DNA of 63,587 nucleotides, filler included, from Nemertoderma westbladi (lineage: Eukaryota; Animalia; Xenacoelomorpha): the NCBI GenBank assembly GCA_032718475.1. It is 4 parts of 4 records of this genome, joined end to end, with 100 filler letters (N's around TTAATTAATTAA, not from the genome) between each part and the next. Parts side by side here need not be neighbours in the genome. Positions count along the whole stretch, not along the records: positions 31,874 to 59,498 come from JAUCBJ010003029.1; 3 more parts are not named here. The stretch is one strand, 5' to 3'. Positions 39,253 through 50,637 of this stretch are shown piece by piece (within the stretch, counting starts at the first letter, position 1; every line of letters begins with the position of its first letter). The notes beneath the pieces were generated by a model. That model was not told where the DNA came from. It did not search any database and saw only the letters and a list, made by a program, of their open reading frames with translations. A program made the position numbers and the translations under genes.

Positions 39253-39347
39253 GCTAGTAATTGGCTTGGAGGAGGGAGGGGGAACTGGAGGTACGTCGTA
39301 CACCCGTACCTCCAGTTCCCCCTCCCTCCTCCAAGCCAATTACTAGC
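39253..39347. repeat. Perfect 43-bp inverted repeat with 9-nt loop
   Basis: gctagtaattggcttggaggagggagggggaactggaggtacg and its exact reverse complement. Confidence 0.92.
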
Positions 39348-39943
39348 TTTACCTGTATCATGGAAGTAGGGAAGTGGAGTAGTGGAGTGGGGTCGGTACC
39401 CACTGGTACGGATTTACCACATTACCTTTCGCTAGGGACGGGGCAAGCCCCCCCCCCCCCCCCCCCCAAGATACCTGCGGAGGGGCAGATGCCCCCTTGC
39501 CCCCCCCCCCCCCCCCCCCTCTGCCCCTAGAACCGCCACTGTCTACCGAGCATCACCATCCTGTCCCATAATAACTTCGTAGCGGCTTCGTGTCGACGGT
39601 CGAAAAATGGCCATACAGTAGTGCTTTTTTTCTGACCTTCGTCCTGGAACCCTACGCAGCCGGGTACTATATAGCTATACACCGGCTTTCATTGCAGTAA
39701 AGAAAAGTGTATGCGCCGTATAACCGCGGTATAATCAGTTTTCAGATCTAGCTCCTCTACTAATTTATTATGCCCTATATTAATTAAATAAAACACCGCA
39801 AAGATAGGTGGAATATTCTGATATTCAATTAAAGGGATATTGCGTTAGAGAAACTGTGATAGGCAAAACAGAAGTAGGCCTAAGCAGCTAGGCTTGTACA
39901 GTCTGTAGTCTGACAGTTGTAGCTAGAATAATTGCTGAATTGC

Positions 39944-39990
39944 ATCGGATCGGATCGGATCAGATCGGATCGGATCGGATCGGATCGGAC
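39944..39990. repeat. (ATCGG)n microsatellite
   Basis: About nine pentamer units. Confidence 0.9.
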
Positions 39991-40016
39991 GGCATTTGAC
40001 ATATAATTCTACCTCC

Positions 40017-41900
40017 GTTGTTGCTCATTGCTGCTCGTTGTGCTTTATTATTTCTCGTTGTTGGTCATTGTTGCTCGTTGTTGGTCATTGTTGCTTGTTG
40101 GTGCTCATTGTTGCTCGTTAGTTGTACTTTATTATTGCTCGTTGTTGCTCGTTGTACTCTATTATTGCTCGTTGTTGCTTGTTGTTGCTCATTATTGCTC
40201 ATTGTTGCTCGTTGTTGTACTTTATTATTGCTCGTTCAATCGTTATTCCTCATTGTTGCTAGTTGTTTCTCGTTGTTGTACTTTATTATTGCTCATTGTT
40301 GGTGTTGCTCAATATTACTCGTTGTTGCTCGTTCAGTCGTTGTTGCTCATTGTTGTACTTTATTATTGCTCATTGTTGCTCAATATAACTCGTTGTTGCT
40401 CAATATAACTCGTTGTTGCTCGTTCAGTCGTTATTGCTCATTATTGCTAGTTGTTTCTCGTTGTTGTTCTTTATTATTGCTCATTGTTGCTCAGTGTTTC
40501 TCATTGTTGCTCGTTGTTGCTCAATGTTACTCGTTGTTATACTTTATTATTGCTCAATGTTACTCGTTGTTACTCATTTTCATTGTTGCTCATTGTTACT
40601 CGTTGTTCCTCATGTCCTAATTATTGGTCGTTGTTTCTCGTTGTTGTTAGATATTTCATTGTTGCTCATTGTTACTCGTTGTTCCTCATGTCCTAATTAT
40701 TGGTCGTTGTTTCTCGTTGTTATTAGATATTCTAGTATCTAGTACCTACTGCAGTGCAGTACCGGTTACCAGCCTGACCTGTTGTCAGAATGCAGAAAGA
40801 CTAACAATTACTGAATTACTGATACAAGTTTGGTCAGTTGGTGCTGGAACTTGTTATTTACATCCTAAATTGCTATTTTGTGGCCGATGTGGCTCCGATG
40901 TGGCCCCGATGTGGTCCGATGTGGCCCCGATGTGGTCCGATTTGGTCCGATGTGGTACCGATTGGGTCCGATGTGGCTTTTAGACGGACCCCTCATTGTT
41001 GCTCATTATTACTCATTGTTACTCGTTGTTGCTCATTGTTGCTTGTTGTTGTACTTTATTATTGCTTGTTCAGTCGTTGTTGCTCGTTGTTTCTCGTTGT
41101 TGCTCATTGTTGCTCGTTGTTGTACTTTATTATTGCTCATTGTTGCTCGTTGTTTCTCAATGTTACTCGTTGTTGCTCGTTCAGTCGTTGTTCCTCATTA
41201 TTGCTGTATTGATCATTATTGCTCATTGTTTCTCGCTGTTATTCATTGTTGCTCGTTGTTGTACTTTATTATTGCTCATTTTTGCTCATTGTTGCTCATT
41301 GTTTCTCATTGTTACTCGCAGTGTCGTAGTTGCTCATTGTTACTCGTTGTTGCTCGTTCAGTCGTTGTTCCTCATTATTGCTCATTGTTGTTCGTTGTTT
41401 CTCGCTGTTATTCATTGTTGCTCGTTGTTGTACTTTATTATTGCTCATTTTTGCTCGTTGTTGCTCATTGTTTCTCATTGTTACTCAATGTTACTCGTAG
41501 TGTCGTAGTTGCTCATTGTTACTCGTTGTTGCTCGTTCAGTCGTTGTTCCTCATTATTGATCGTTGTTGTACTTTATTATTGCTCATTGTTGCTCAATGT
41601 TGCTCGTTGTTGCTCAATGTTACTCGTAGTGTCGTAGTTGCTCATTGTTACTCGTTGTTGCTCATTGTTGCTCATTCAGTCGTTGTTCCCCATTATTGCT
41701 CGTTGTTGTACTTTATTATTGCTCAATGTTACTCGTTGTTGCTCATTGTTGCTCGTTGTTGCTCAAAGTTACTCGTAGTGTCGTAGTTGCTTGTTGTTAC
41801 TCGTTGTTGCTCATTGTTGCTCAATGTTACTCGTTGTTGTTCGTTGTTTTGTTACTCATTGTTCATTTGTTGCTCATTGTTGGTCATTGTTGCTCGTTGT
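40017..41900. repeat. Degenerate ~10-bp satellite (ttgttgctc[a/g])n, interrupted at ~40735-40991 by a MITE fragment with (gtggtccgat)-type repeats
   Basis: Directly visible; explains the Leu/Val/Cys-rich spurious ORFs. Confidence 0.92.
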
Positions 41901-42042
41901 GCATTTTTGCACCTATCAAATTAAGCTCAGAAGCTCCCTTATCTCTGCATTTTGCAATGTCCTGTCAAGGTTAGCCAGTTAGGAGGTCATAACTGTCAGA
42001 AGCAGATAACGAAACGAGGTTATAAGAGATATTATATAAGGA

Positions 42043-42140
42043 TATTTAATTTAATTTATTTAATTTAATTTAATTTAATTTAATTTATTTAATTTATTTA
42101 ATTTATTTAATTTAATTAATTTAATTTATTTAATTTAATA
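42043..42140. repeat. (ATTTA)n AT-only microsatellite
   Basis: Directly visible. Confidence 0.9.
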
Positions 42141-42584
42141 TATGAGAAATGAGAAATATTTAATTTATTTAAGGAGTATGCGGATTTTGGAATGAAATTG
42201 TATGCCTAAATAAGAAATCCATGCCAAAAAGTTCTTATTTAAGGACTTTTAGTATTTATGTGTACAATTTCGATGTCTTAAATAAGGTAAATTTAAAAAA
42301 TCCCTCTTATTTAGGAACTGGTCGTATTTTTGATGCAATTTTAAAACGCTTGTAGAAAAAAAACCGGACGGTGAAATGTTTTCTGGTTTTTTGCATTATG
42401 TTCAAGAAAGACCCAACTTTTATATTGTGAAATAAAATTATGTGGTATTTTTTCCTGAAACAAGTTCTTGCATATTATGTCGAAAAAATATCCAAAAAAG
42501 GCCCAAAAACCCCTTAATAAGAGCCATTTTCCTTAAATAAGAACCCACTTTTGGAGCTTATTTAAGGGTATGTTCCCTACTGTA

Positions 42585-43184
42585 TAAGTACTGTAGCATG
42601 TAGTACAGCTTCAATATCAAGCATAATCTGATAATAGGCCTACTGCAGTATTTACTTAAAGTCAATGACTGACTGACTCTACTGCAGTACCGGTACTGGT
42701 ACAGGCCAGCTGGCTGACTAGCAGACTGTTACAGATAGGCCCTACTGTAAAAAATTGTAAATGCTATGATTGTACACTGTACCACTGCAGCCATTTACTG
42801 CTGTCATGCCAGCCAGCCAGCATACTGCATGTACTGTACTGCAGTACTGGTACACGTACGGCAGGCTACCTACAGTACACACCTCTACCACAGTGAGACA
42901 GTTAGTGAGTTAGGTACTGTAGGTAATTTTTAGCCGTCTGTCCGTGATAAATTAATTACTTAAATTTTAAATTGAAAATTCATAAATCTATAGGCCTAAA
43001 TTATGAAATTAATTATACCTACAGTATGATTGATTATGAGCGATTGGCGAACGATAACCATACTTTATTTTTTTTAAATAAATAATTAAATTTTTGAAAA
43101 ACTCCGGCTCCTGCTCCGGCTCCGGCCAAATTGTCCAACTCCTGCTCCGGCTCCGGCCAAATCCCAACTCCGATCGAGCCCTAT
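42585..43184. mobile_element. Partial inverted copy of the hAT MITE at 33484-34285
   Basis: Reverse complement of ~33484-34120, ending CCGATCGAGCCCTA. Confidence 0.88.
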
Positions 43185-43544
43185 AATAATCATATGGTTA
43201 AATTTATTCGTGATTATGTTAAGGTGATTTACCATATAGAATACGGCCAATTTATGTGGCATTAACTAAGGTAAGGTAGTTCACTGAATCATTTTTTACA
43301 GTGTAGTAGCCAATACCTAATAGATAACAGGTTTTGTTAATTCAATACTTTAAGCCTTAAACGCTTAAACAGTTAAAGGGGCCTTATTATTTCTCATGGT
43401 ACGGTAGTTACATGGCAGCAGTAATGAGACGATTAAAAAAGTAGTGGAATGTAATTTATGCGAAAGAAGTACACAACAACCGGTAATGACCTGAATCCGT
43501 ACCAGTGGGGGCAATTTTTTTGTCGATTTTCCCTATGCCCGTGG

Positions 43545-44042
43545 TGAAACACTTATGCGTTTAATTACCATTCTGGCTATTTATCTATGCCTGTGGCGAA
43601 AGACTTATACTTTTATTTACCATTCTGGCTATTTATCTATGCCTGTGGAGAAAGACTTATACTTTTAATTACCATTCTGCTATTTATCTATGCCTGCCTG
43701 CCTGCGGGAAAGGAACAGGTTACAGACAGACAGAGACGGGATTTTCTAACCAAAACAATAAAAGATAACATTACCAATTGAGAGAAAGGACCAGGTTACA
43801 GAGGCGGGATTTCCTAACCAAAACAATAAACGATCACTTAATTAATTGAGGGAAAGGGGCAGGTTACAGAGGCGGGATTTCTAACCAAAACAATAAACAG
43901 TCACTTTACAAAATGAAGGAAAGGAGCAGGTTACAGAGGCGGGCCTTTTCTAACCAAAACAATAAACGGTCACTTTACCAAATCAGGCAAAGGAGCAGGT
44001 TACAGATTTTCTAACCACGCGGGATTTTCTAACCAAAACAAC
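43545..44042. repeat. Two adjacent tandem arrays: ~53-bp unit x3 and ~62-bp unit x5
   Basis: taccattctggctatttatctatgcctg units, then gaaagg..caggttacagaggcgggattttctaaccaaaacaataaacg units; one more copy at ~31880-31960. Confidence 0.85.
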
Positions 44043-44180
44043 CCGTCAGCCGGTAGGCCTACCAGTACCGTATTTAAATGGTAGGCTACACAGTAGGCAT
44101 ACAGCAGTACCGGTGCCGGTACCGGTACGGAATGCTGTACAGCTACAGCAGTAATTACAGTAGACATACCCTCCATATCC

Positions 44181-47100
44181 CAGCTAGGAACTTTCACCCG
44201 TTAGACGGGTGGACAATCCAGCCCTTTAATGGGTGTCCTAATTCGTTCTTCTGGGCTAAATTCCACCCGTTTGAGGGGTGGCTTGGGGAGTTTGTAAATT
44301 TTTTCCAGCTTGCTTTATGATCAAAGCCGCCGACAGGAATCTCGGACACTCATCTGAGGGCTGGATATAATGCGGCTACATGCAAGGAAATACAGCCTTG
44401 AGTAAACCTACAACAACAACAGGGTGCTTTTGATTGACAGTGTAAGAGTGCCGGTAATAGCTGTACTAAGCTAAGTTTCAAAGACTGCTTGAGCCTGAGT
44501 GCTGAATGTCTGCCTGACTACTTAGCTAGGAGGACTGGAGGAGTTAATAAAATAAGATAATTATTATTTTCCGAAGTTAATTAATTATTTATTTAAGTTA
44601 CCAGTGCGCCTGCACAATTTATTATTTTCTTCACCTTTCAGTTACCAAACAGTACTGCGTAATTAATTATTATCTTTAAGATGATAAAGTATTTTCTTCT
44701 TACCAGTAAGTTGATAAATTATTATATTTATTATGACAGTCACAGTAGGCCCTACAGTAATTATTATTTTCTTACTGGTAAGTTAATCAATTATTTTCTT
44801 AGGATATTAATTATTTCAATACACAGTAGGTAGGCCTACGATAATAAATTATGTCTTATGTCATTACACATTAGGTAGGTCTATGTCTAAGATAATTAAT
44901 TTTTCATTAAGATAATTAATTATTTTATTAATTATTTTATTAATTATTATATTAAGTTACTAGTTAAATATTTTATTAAGTTAATTAATTATTTTAATTA
45001 AATTAGTTAACTAATTATATTATATTTAATTAGGTACCCGGTAATTATTTTAGTCAGTTAGTAGGGTTTCCTCGGCAAAATTTGGCTGCACTTTGAAACC
45101 AAATCTTAAGGTAGGAATAATGATGTAATGGCTGGCCTGGCTTTTAGATACTGTAGCTCAGCAACTGGGATGAGTTACGAAAGTCTATGAATTAATTTAG
45201 TTAAGCAGGCTGGTGGATATGAGGTACACACAGTAACATAACACACACCCACAGGGCAAACAAACCAGGCTAGCTAGCTACTACAGCATGGCCCAGGCCC
45301 AGTAAGTATTACTAATTACTACCTTGTATTACTACCTTGTATGTTAATTGCTTCAGGCATCACTGCTTGCCCTGTGGGCTCAACGTAATTTTGGTTTGTG
45401 TGTGCTTGCTTATATAGGCCTAATCTATTTAAAAAGGCAGCCTTCTGCTGCTCTGCCTCTGGGCTGTGTGGCCACGGTTTTCACATGTTGGCTGTTAGCT
45501 GTATCCTGTATCCACCCAGACCCGGAGTTGGGTTAGAGGTATGTCCTTGAAACTTCTTGACTTTAATTCAAATTTATTCCTCTTTCAAATGAAAAAAAAT
45601 TGTGGCTCTAACCTTGCCCGTTTTTTTTCATAGGGGACCTTTCTTGTACCCATGTCAGGTCAAAATTTTTGAAAATACAAAAATAAAAAATTATAGAGTA
45701 AATTATAAAGTTGCCCAAAACCATACAAATCCTATTCTACATCTCTTTTTTTGGATGTGGAGTTGAGTATAATATATCGAATGTTTAGTGCAGAGGCCTA
45801 ACGGGTATTTTTCGTGCGGGTACCAAAATTTGGCAACGAAATTTCCAAAACTGAATGTTTCGAATAGACAAAATTTTTAAATATTTCGTGCTGCACCCAC
45901 TTTTGGTGCCCGCACGAAAAATGGTCGTTGCATTACTTGTATCAATTCAATTGCATTACCATTGAATTCGCCACCACCAAATATACACGTAAGACTTGAA
46001 TTGCAAATCAAACACATTATGTCACATTTTCCGCAATTGAATTTTTTCAAGAATGTGTTAAAATATACCATTAATATTGTTACCATATTTCATTGGATTT
46101 CTTTAAAAAATGGCCGAGTAATCAGGTCTGGGTCGAATCCCCCCCCCCCCCCCCCCCCCAGACTGTAGGAAGATCTAAATGGCCCAGGGTAGACAGGGTT
46201 AAGAATTGCGATGTACATTCACAACAATATTGGAACAAAGGTCGTAATTATTAGAATAAAGTTCGCAACCCATTGGAACAGAGTTCCCAAACTGAGGACT
46301 GACTGACTGAACAAAATACCACACAGGCTGCTCAGGGCACTCATAACAGAGGTGCAATTTAAATGCCATTTAAATCATTTTGCTTGTTCCAATGCATTGC
46401 ATAAGCAAGGACAGAAGGATGATGCTTTGACATGGAGGGTGGGGGGGGGGGGTGGGTTGGAGTGATCATGGGGCATCATGCATGATCTTTTGGCGTTTGA
46501 TTTGTATTAATTTGGCCCAGATTTCTTTAAGTTGACCTTGAGGTCGTTGACCTTACAATATATTGCTGATTTATTGAGAGCATCTTGAACCGTACCACTC
46601 AATGATTGACCATATATTACTACATCGTTTAAAATAATAAAGGTATATAATAAAGGTGAAAGCTATCACCTTGTATTACTCCGACTACTGTAGCTGTCTA
46701 ATAGGGTCCAGCCAAGCCAGTGCATAAACACCAATAGAGACACATATAATTACATGCCGGGAAAGCCCAAACTTCAGTAATCAGAGTTATAGAAGTAATG
46801 CAAAATTATTAAAGGAGGGGGGATTCATGCAATTCTTAAAATGGGCGTTTGAAAGTTGCATGATATCAATATCACATTTGGTATCCTTGTATGGCCAGAA
46901 TTTCCATCTCTCCGAAAAATTCTGACCCAATACAGCAATAAGGTGGAGGAATCTGTTACAAAATTCATGCAATTCATATAATTCATGCAATTCTAATTTA
47001 CGGTTTTTAGAAAAATTTGGCTCCAATTTAGAAAATCTGTGCACCACGACTGTGAGGTTTGCTATCACTGTGCAATCAAATCTCGCTGTGAATACCGTAC

Positions 47101-48078
47101 CTAACTGTATTTTATAACTGTAATTAATTAAATTAATTATTTTTGCCTAATTGAGTTAATTAACTTTAATTAATTTCGGGATCAGGATTTCAATTATCAT
47201 ATTTTTACATTACTCTTACTTACAGACTTATGGTTAGCCAAACAGTCAAAAATGAACTGAGCAGTAATGCAGAAATGAGCTGGCTGGGCGCCAGTGCAAG
47301 TCAGCAATTCAAGGCCAAATCAGCAAATTGAAGGAATTGTGAACTGGTGTCCTAGTCCTCTGCTCTAGCCTGTGTGAAGGAGAACTTAACTTCATAGAGC
47401 ATAAAGAAATAACTTATAACTTACCGCCAGTAACTTACCGCCAGTATATTAACTTAATGTCTTCATAAATGTGTAGTGTAGCAGTCCAGCCCAGCAGCCA
47501 CCCCACCAGCCATCAGCCGGGCGCTTTTGTGTAGGTTTGCCTAAGGCATAGCAGATGCCATGTTAGGTAACTCAGCTAATGTCGGACAAGAGCTGCAGAG
47601 TAATATGTAATACAGTAAGTATAATAAGAAAGCCAATGCTATGCTGGCTGCCTCAATTAGTACACACTGACACAGTGTGTGTGTGTGTATACTAGGAAGG
47701 ATGGTAGTGGTAGACAGTGGAGGTCTGCTCTCTGGTGTGTTGATTGGCAGCCTGGCTCCATAGATGGGAAGGAATCTGCTTGCCTCAGGGGGATGACGAG
47801 TAGCAGATAAAATTGTACAAATCCACCCGTTTGACGGGTGGAATTCAATTAATTCTTAATTAAAAGTTAACTATGCTGTAATTTTAATTTTTACAGGACC
47901 AAAATATGTAGTTTTGCCTGCTCTATGTCACAATACCAATTTTACTCGTGCGTCTAAAAAAATAGCAATGCGAATTTAATTTTAATTTTTAATAGGGATT
48001 TGTGTGGAGAAATACAAACTCATCCACCCGTTTGAGGGGTGTCTGTCCAGCCGTTTGACGGGTGAAAGTTCCTAACTG
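44181..48078. mobile_element. 3.9-kb non-autonomous TIR element, apparent 5-bp TSD
   Basis: tatcc|CAGCTAGGAACTTTCACCCGT ... ACGGGTGAAAGTTCCTAACTG|tatcc; palindromic cacccgtt.gacgggtg subterminal motifs. Confidence 0.82.
45550..46198. mobile_element. Truncated piggyBac-like MITE (right end only)
   Basis: Ends ...GGTAGACAGGG|TTAA with a poly-C subterminal block like the 29343 element; left TIR not found. Confidence 0.5.
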
Positions 48079-49006
48079 TATCCATTGCACAATGTACTGG
48101 ACATATGATTTAGGCCTATGTGTTGTGTGTAGTCCACCTCAGGCAGTCAGGACTGCAGGAGAAGTGCGTACTTCATGAAAAATATACATTGGGACAATAT
48201 TTTTTCTCACGTGCTGCACGAAGGGAAAATCGATCTCTCATGACAAATTTTATAAACATCATTAAGTACCTATGCTGGACTGTCTGTATATCGAATTTCA
48301 GTTATATTTAATGAAAATTGAGTAAATGTCGCTCATTCTAAAATTAGATTTTTTACAAAAAATATAAGAACTCTTGAGTTTGTGACGTGCTGCTCGAAGC
48401 GGTATTAGCAATAAATTGAAATTTTTGTTTTCCAAGTTGGTCACTATAGGTTGAACAAAGCCTGTTAAAATTTTAGGAGCGTTCTGATAAAAAATGTTGA
48501 CAGGGGAGAGGAGATTATCACTGGTACGGATTCAGGATAGAGCCCAACAACCTCTGCGTTACCAACCCTATAAGCATTTGACGTCTATTTTTACACCTCA
48601 ACAGGTACTGTATGTGGACGTCATTTTACGTCAATTATGTTTGTTGCAAGAACTCAAAGTTTTGATGGTTGACGTAATTACGTAAAATTACGTCTTGAAC
48701 ACATCTTGTTGACACGTTCCTGTATGAGACTTATACATGGTGGATATAATTACCTAAAATGACGTCTTGAACACGTCTTGATGGCACGTATCTGTGATAC
48801 TTTTCATGGTGGATATAATTACCTAAAATTACGTCATGAACACGTCTTGACGGCACGTATCTGTGTGATACTTTTCATGTTGGAAATAATTACCTAAAAT
48901 TACGTCTTGAACACGTCTTAATGATACATTTACTTACCACTTTTTTTTTTTTTTTAACTCTTTAAGTCTCATTTATTCACATAGATAATAAAACGTTAAT
49001 GTTAAA

Positions 49007-50507
49007 CAGGGATGGCAAAAACCATGGTTTTTTGAAAAAAATTTTTTTGTTTTGGTTTTATTGTTTGGTTTTTTATGGTTTTTTTCGGTTTTTTATGGTT
49101 TTTTATGATTTTTCTGTGGTTTAATTAAATCCAATACAGCAATACATACAAATGTAGGGTCTACGTACAACAGTCTGACAGTACAACCCTTGCTGCCTTG
49201 TGCCAGTTGCGCTTGCCCAATCAGCCAATAGAACAAAATACTGGAATAACTGAATAAGGCCACATACAGACATACAGTAGGCCTATGCTGGTTTGAAGCG
49301 TTTCTTCTGCTGTTCTGTCCTTACTCTCATCCAACCCATCAGCCCATGTCAGCATGTGACAAAATACTAACAACATACAACGTAAAAATACATACCAACG
49401 TCCAGACGTCTGCACTGCTCCACTGCACGCCAGGCTGCAAACCACCACTGAACCGCGCACAACGTCGGTCCTACGAATTACCCCAAAATACCCCAAAACA
49501 CCCCAAAATACCCCAAAAGACCCCAAAATAGTATAAAACTACCCCAAAATAGTTTATAATTACCCCAAAATACCCCAAAATAGTTTAGAATTACCCCAAA
49601 ATACTTTTTTTCAGCCTTTGTTTTGGAAATTTAATTTACCCCAAAATATGGCAAAATGACGAATTACCCCAAAATAATGACGAATTACCGGTACCCCAAA
49701 ATAATTAAAAAAATTTTCTTCACTCTCGTTTATTGTTTTGGTTAAAAAAAATTGCCACTGTAACCTGCTCCTTTCCCTCGCTGTTAAAAAAACATTGTTA
49801 GCTTATGTTGGGGTATTTTGGGGTAATTTTTTAGCCTTTTTGGGGTATTTTGGGGTAAATTTTGACTATTTTGGGGTATTTTTGAGTATTTTGGGGTGTT
49901 TTGGGGTATTTTGGGGTAATTCGTAGACAATATACCGCGCATGCACCGAAAAAGACGCGCACACAACATTTTAACAATGTAAACGAGAAACATACGCCAG
50001 CGAAGCGAGCAAAACCTTTTCATTAACATTGCAAAATGAACAGATGAAAAAGAAACGCGAGCAAAACTCAAAGTAAGAGAAATTTGTTCATTCTAAGTCT
50101 AACAGCTGAACAGTGCAAAACAGCAAAATTATAAGATAAAGAAAAGAAACGCGAGCAAAACTCAAAGTGAGCGAAATTTTTTCCTTCTAACAGTGCAAAA
50201 TGAAAAAGAAACGCGAGCAAAACTCTAAGTGAGCGAAATTTGTTCATTCTACATGTAACAGTGCAAAATAAAAAAGAAACGCGAGCAAAACTCAAAGTGT
50301 TCGAAATTTTTTCATTCTAACAGTGCAAAATGAAAAAGAAATGCGACTACCAGTCTGCTTTATATTATTTACAGCGTTACTGGCGTTAATTGTAAAATTT
50401 TATGAAAAACCATAAAAAACCAATTTTTACACCTTTTTTTAAAAGTTGGTTAAACCAAAAAACCATAAAAAACCAATGGTGAGAAAAACCATTGGTTGCC
50501 AACCCTG
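49007..50507. mobile_element. hAT-type MITE inserted in the CRE 3' UTR
   Basis: atgttaaa|CAGGGATGGCAA ... TTGCCAACCCTG|atgttaaa (8-bp TSD); internal ~65-bp repeats gaaacgcgagcaaaactc at ~50000-50345. Confidence 0.92.
49466..49928. mobile_element. Fold-back MITE with (taccccaaaa)n arms nested in the hAT MITE
   Basis: ctacgaattaccccaaaataccccaaaacac mirrored by gtgttttggggtattttggggtaattcgtag; TSD not found. Confidence 0.8.
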
Positions 50508-50637
50508 ATGTTAAACAATACCCACCACCAGCCGACGTTACTAGGCAACCAATGTAGGAGGGAAATTTAAAATGAAATCCTTTGCCCGCCCCCAACACAG
50601 AAACAGTCTCTATGGTGTATGGAGCATACTACTGTAT

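Noticed and set aside
40018-41982. Many Leu/Val/Cys-rich ORFs
   Set aside because: They are translations of a degenerate 10-bp satellite in several frames.
38934-43184. A single hAT MITE split by a 3.4-kb insertion
   Set aside because: Flanks are not a TSD and the two parts overlap by ~100 bp, so they are treated as two partial copies.
47056-47072. CACAGTG heptamer (minus) as a Transib/RSS-like end
   Set aside because: No matching opposite end, nonamer or transposase.
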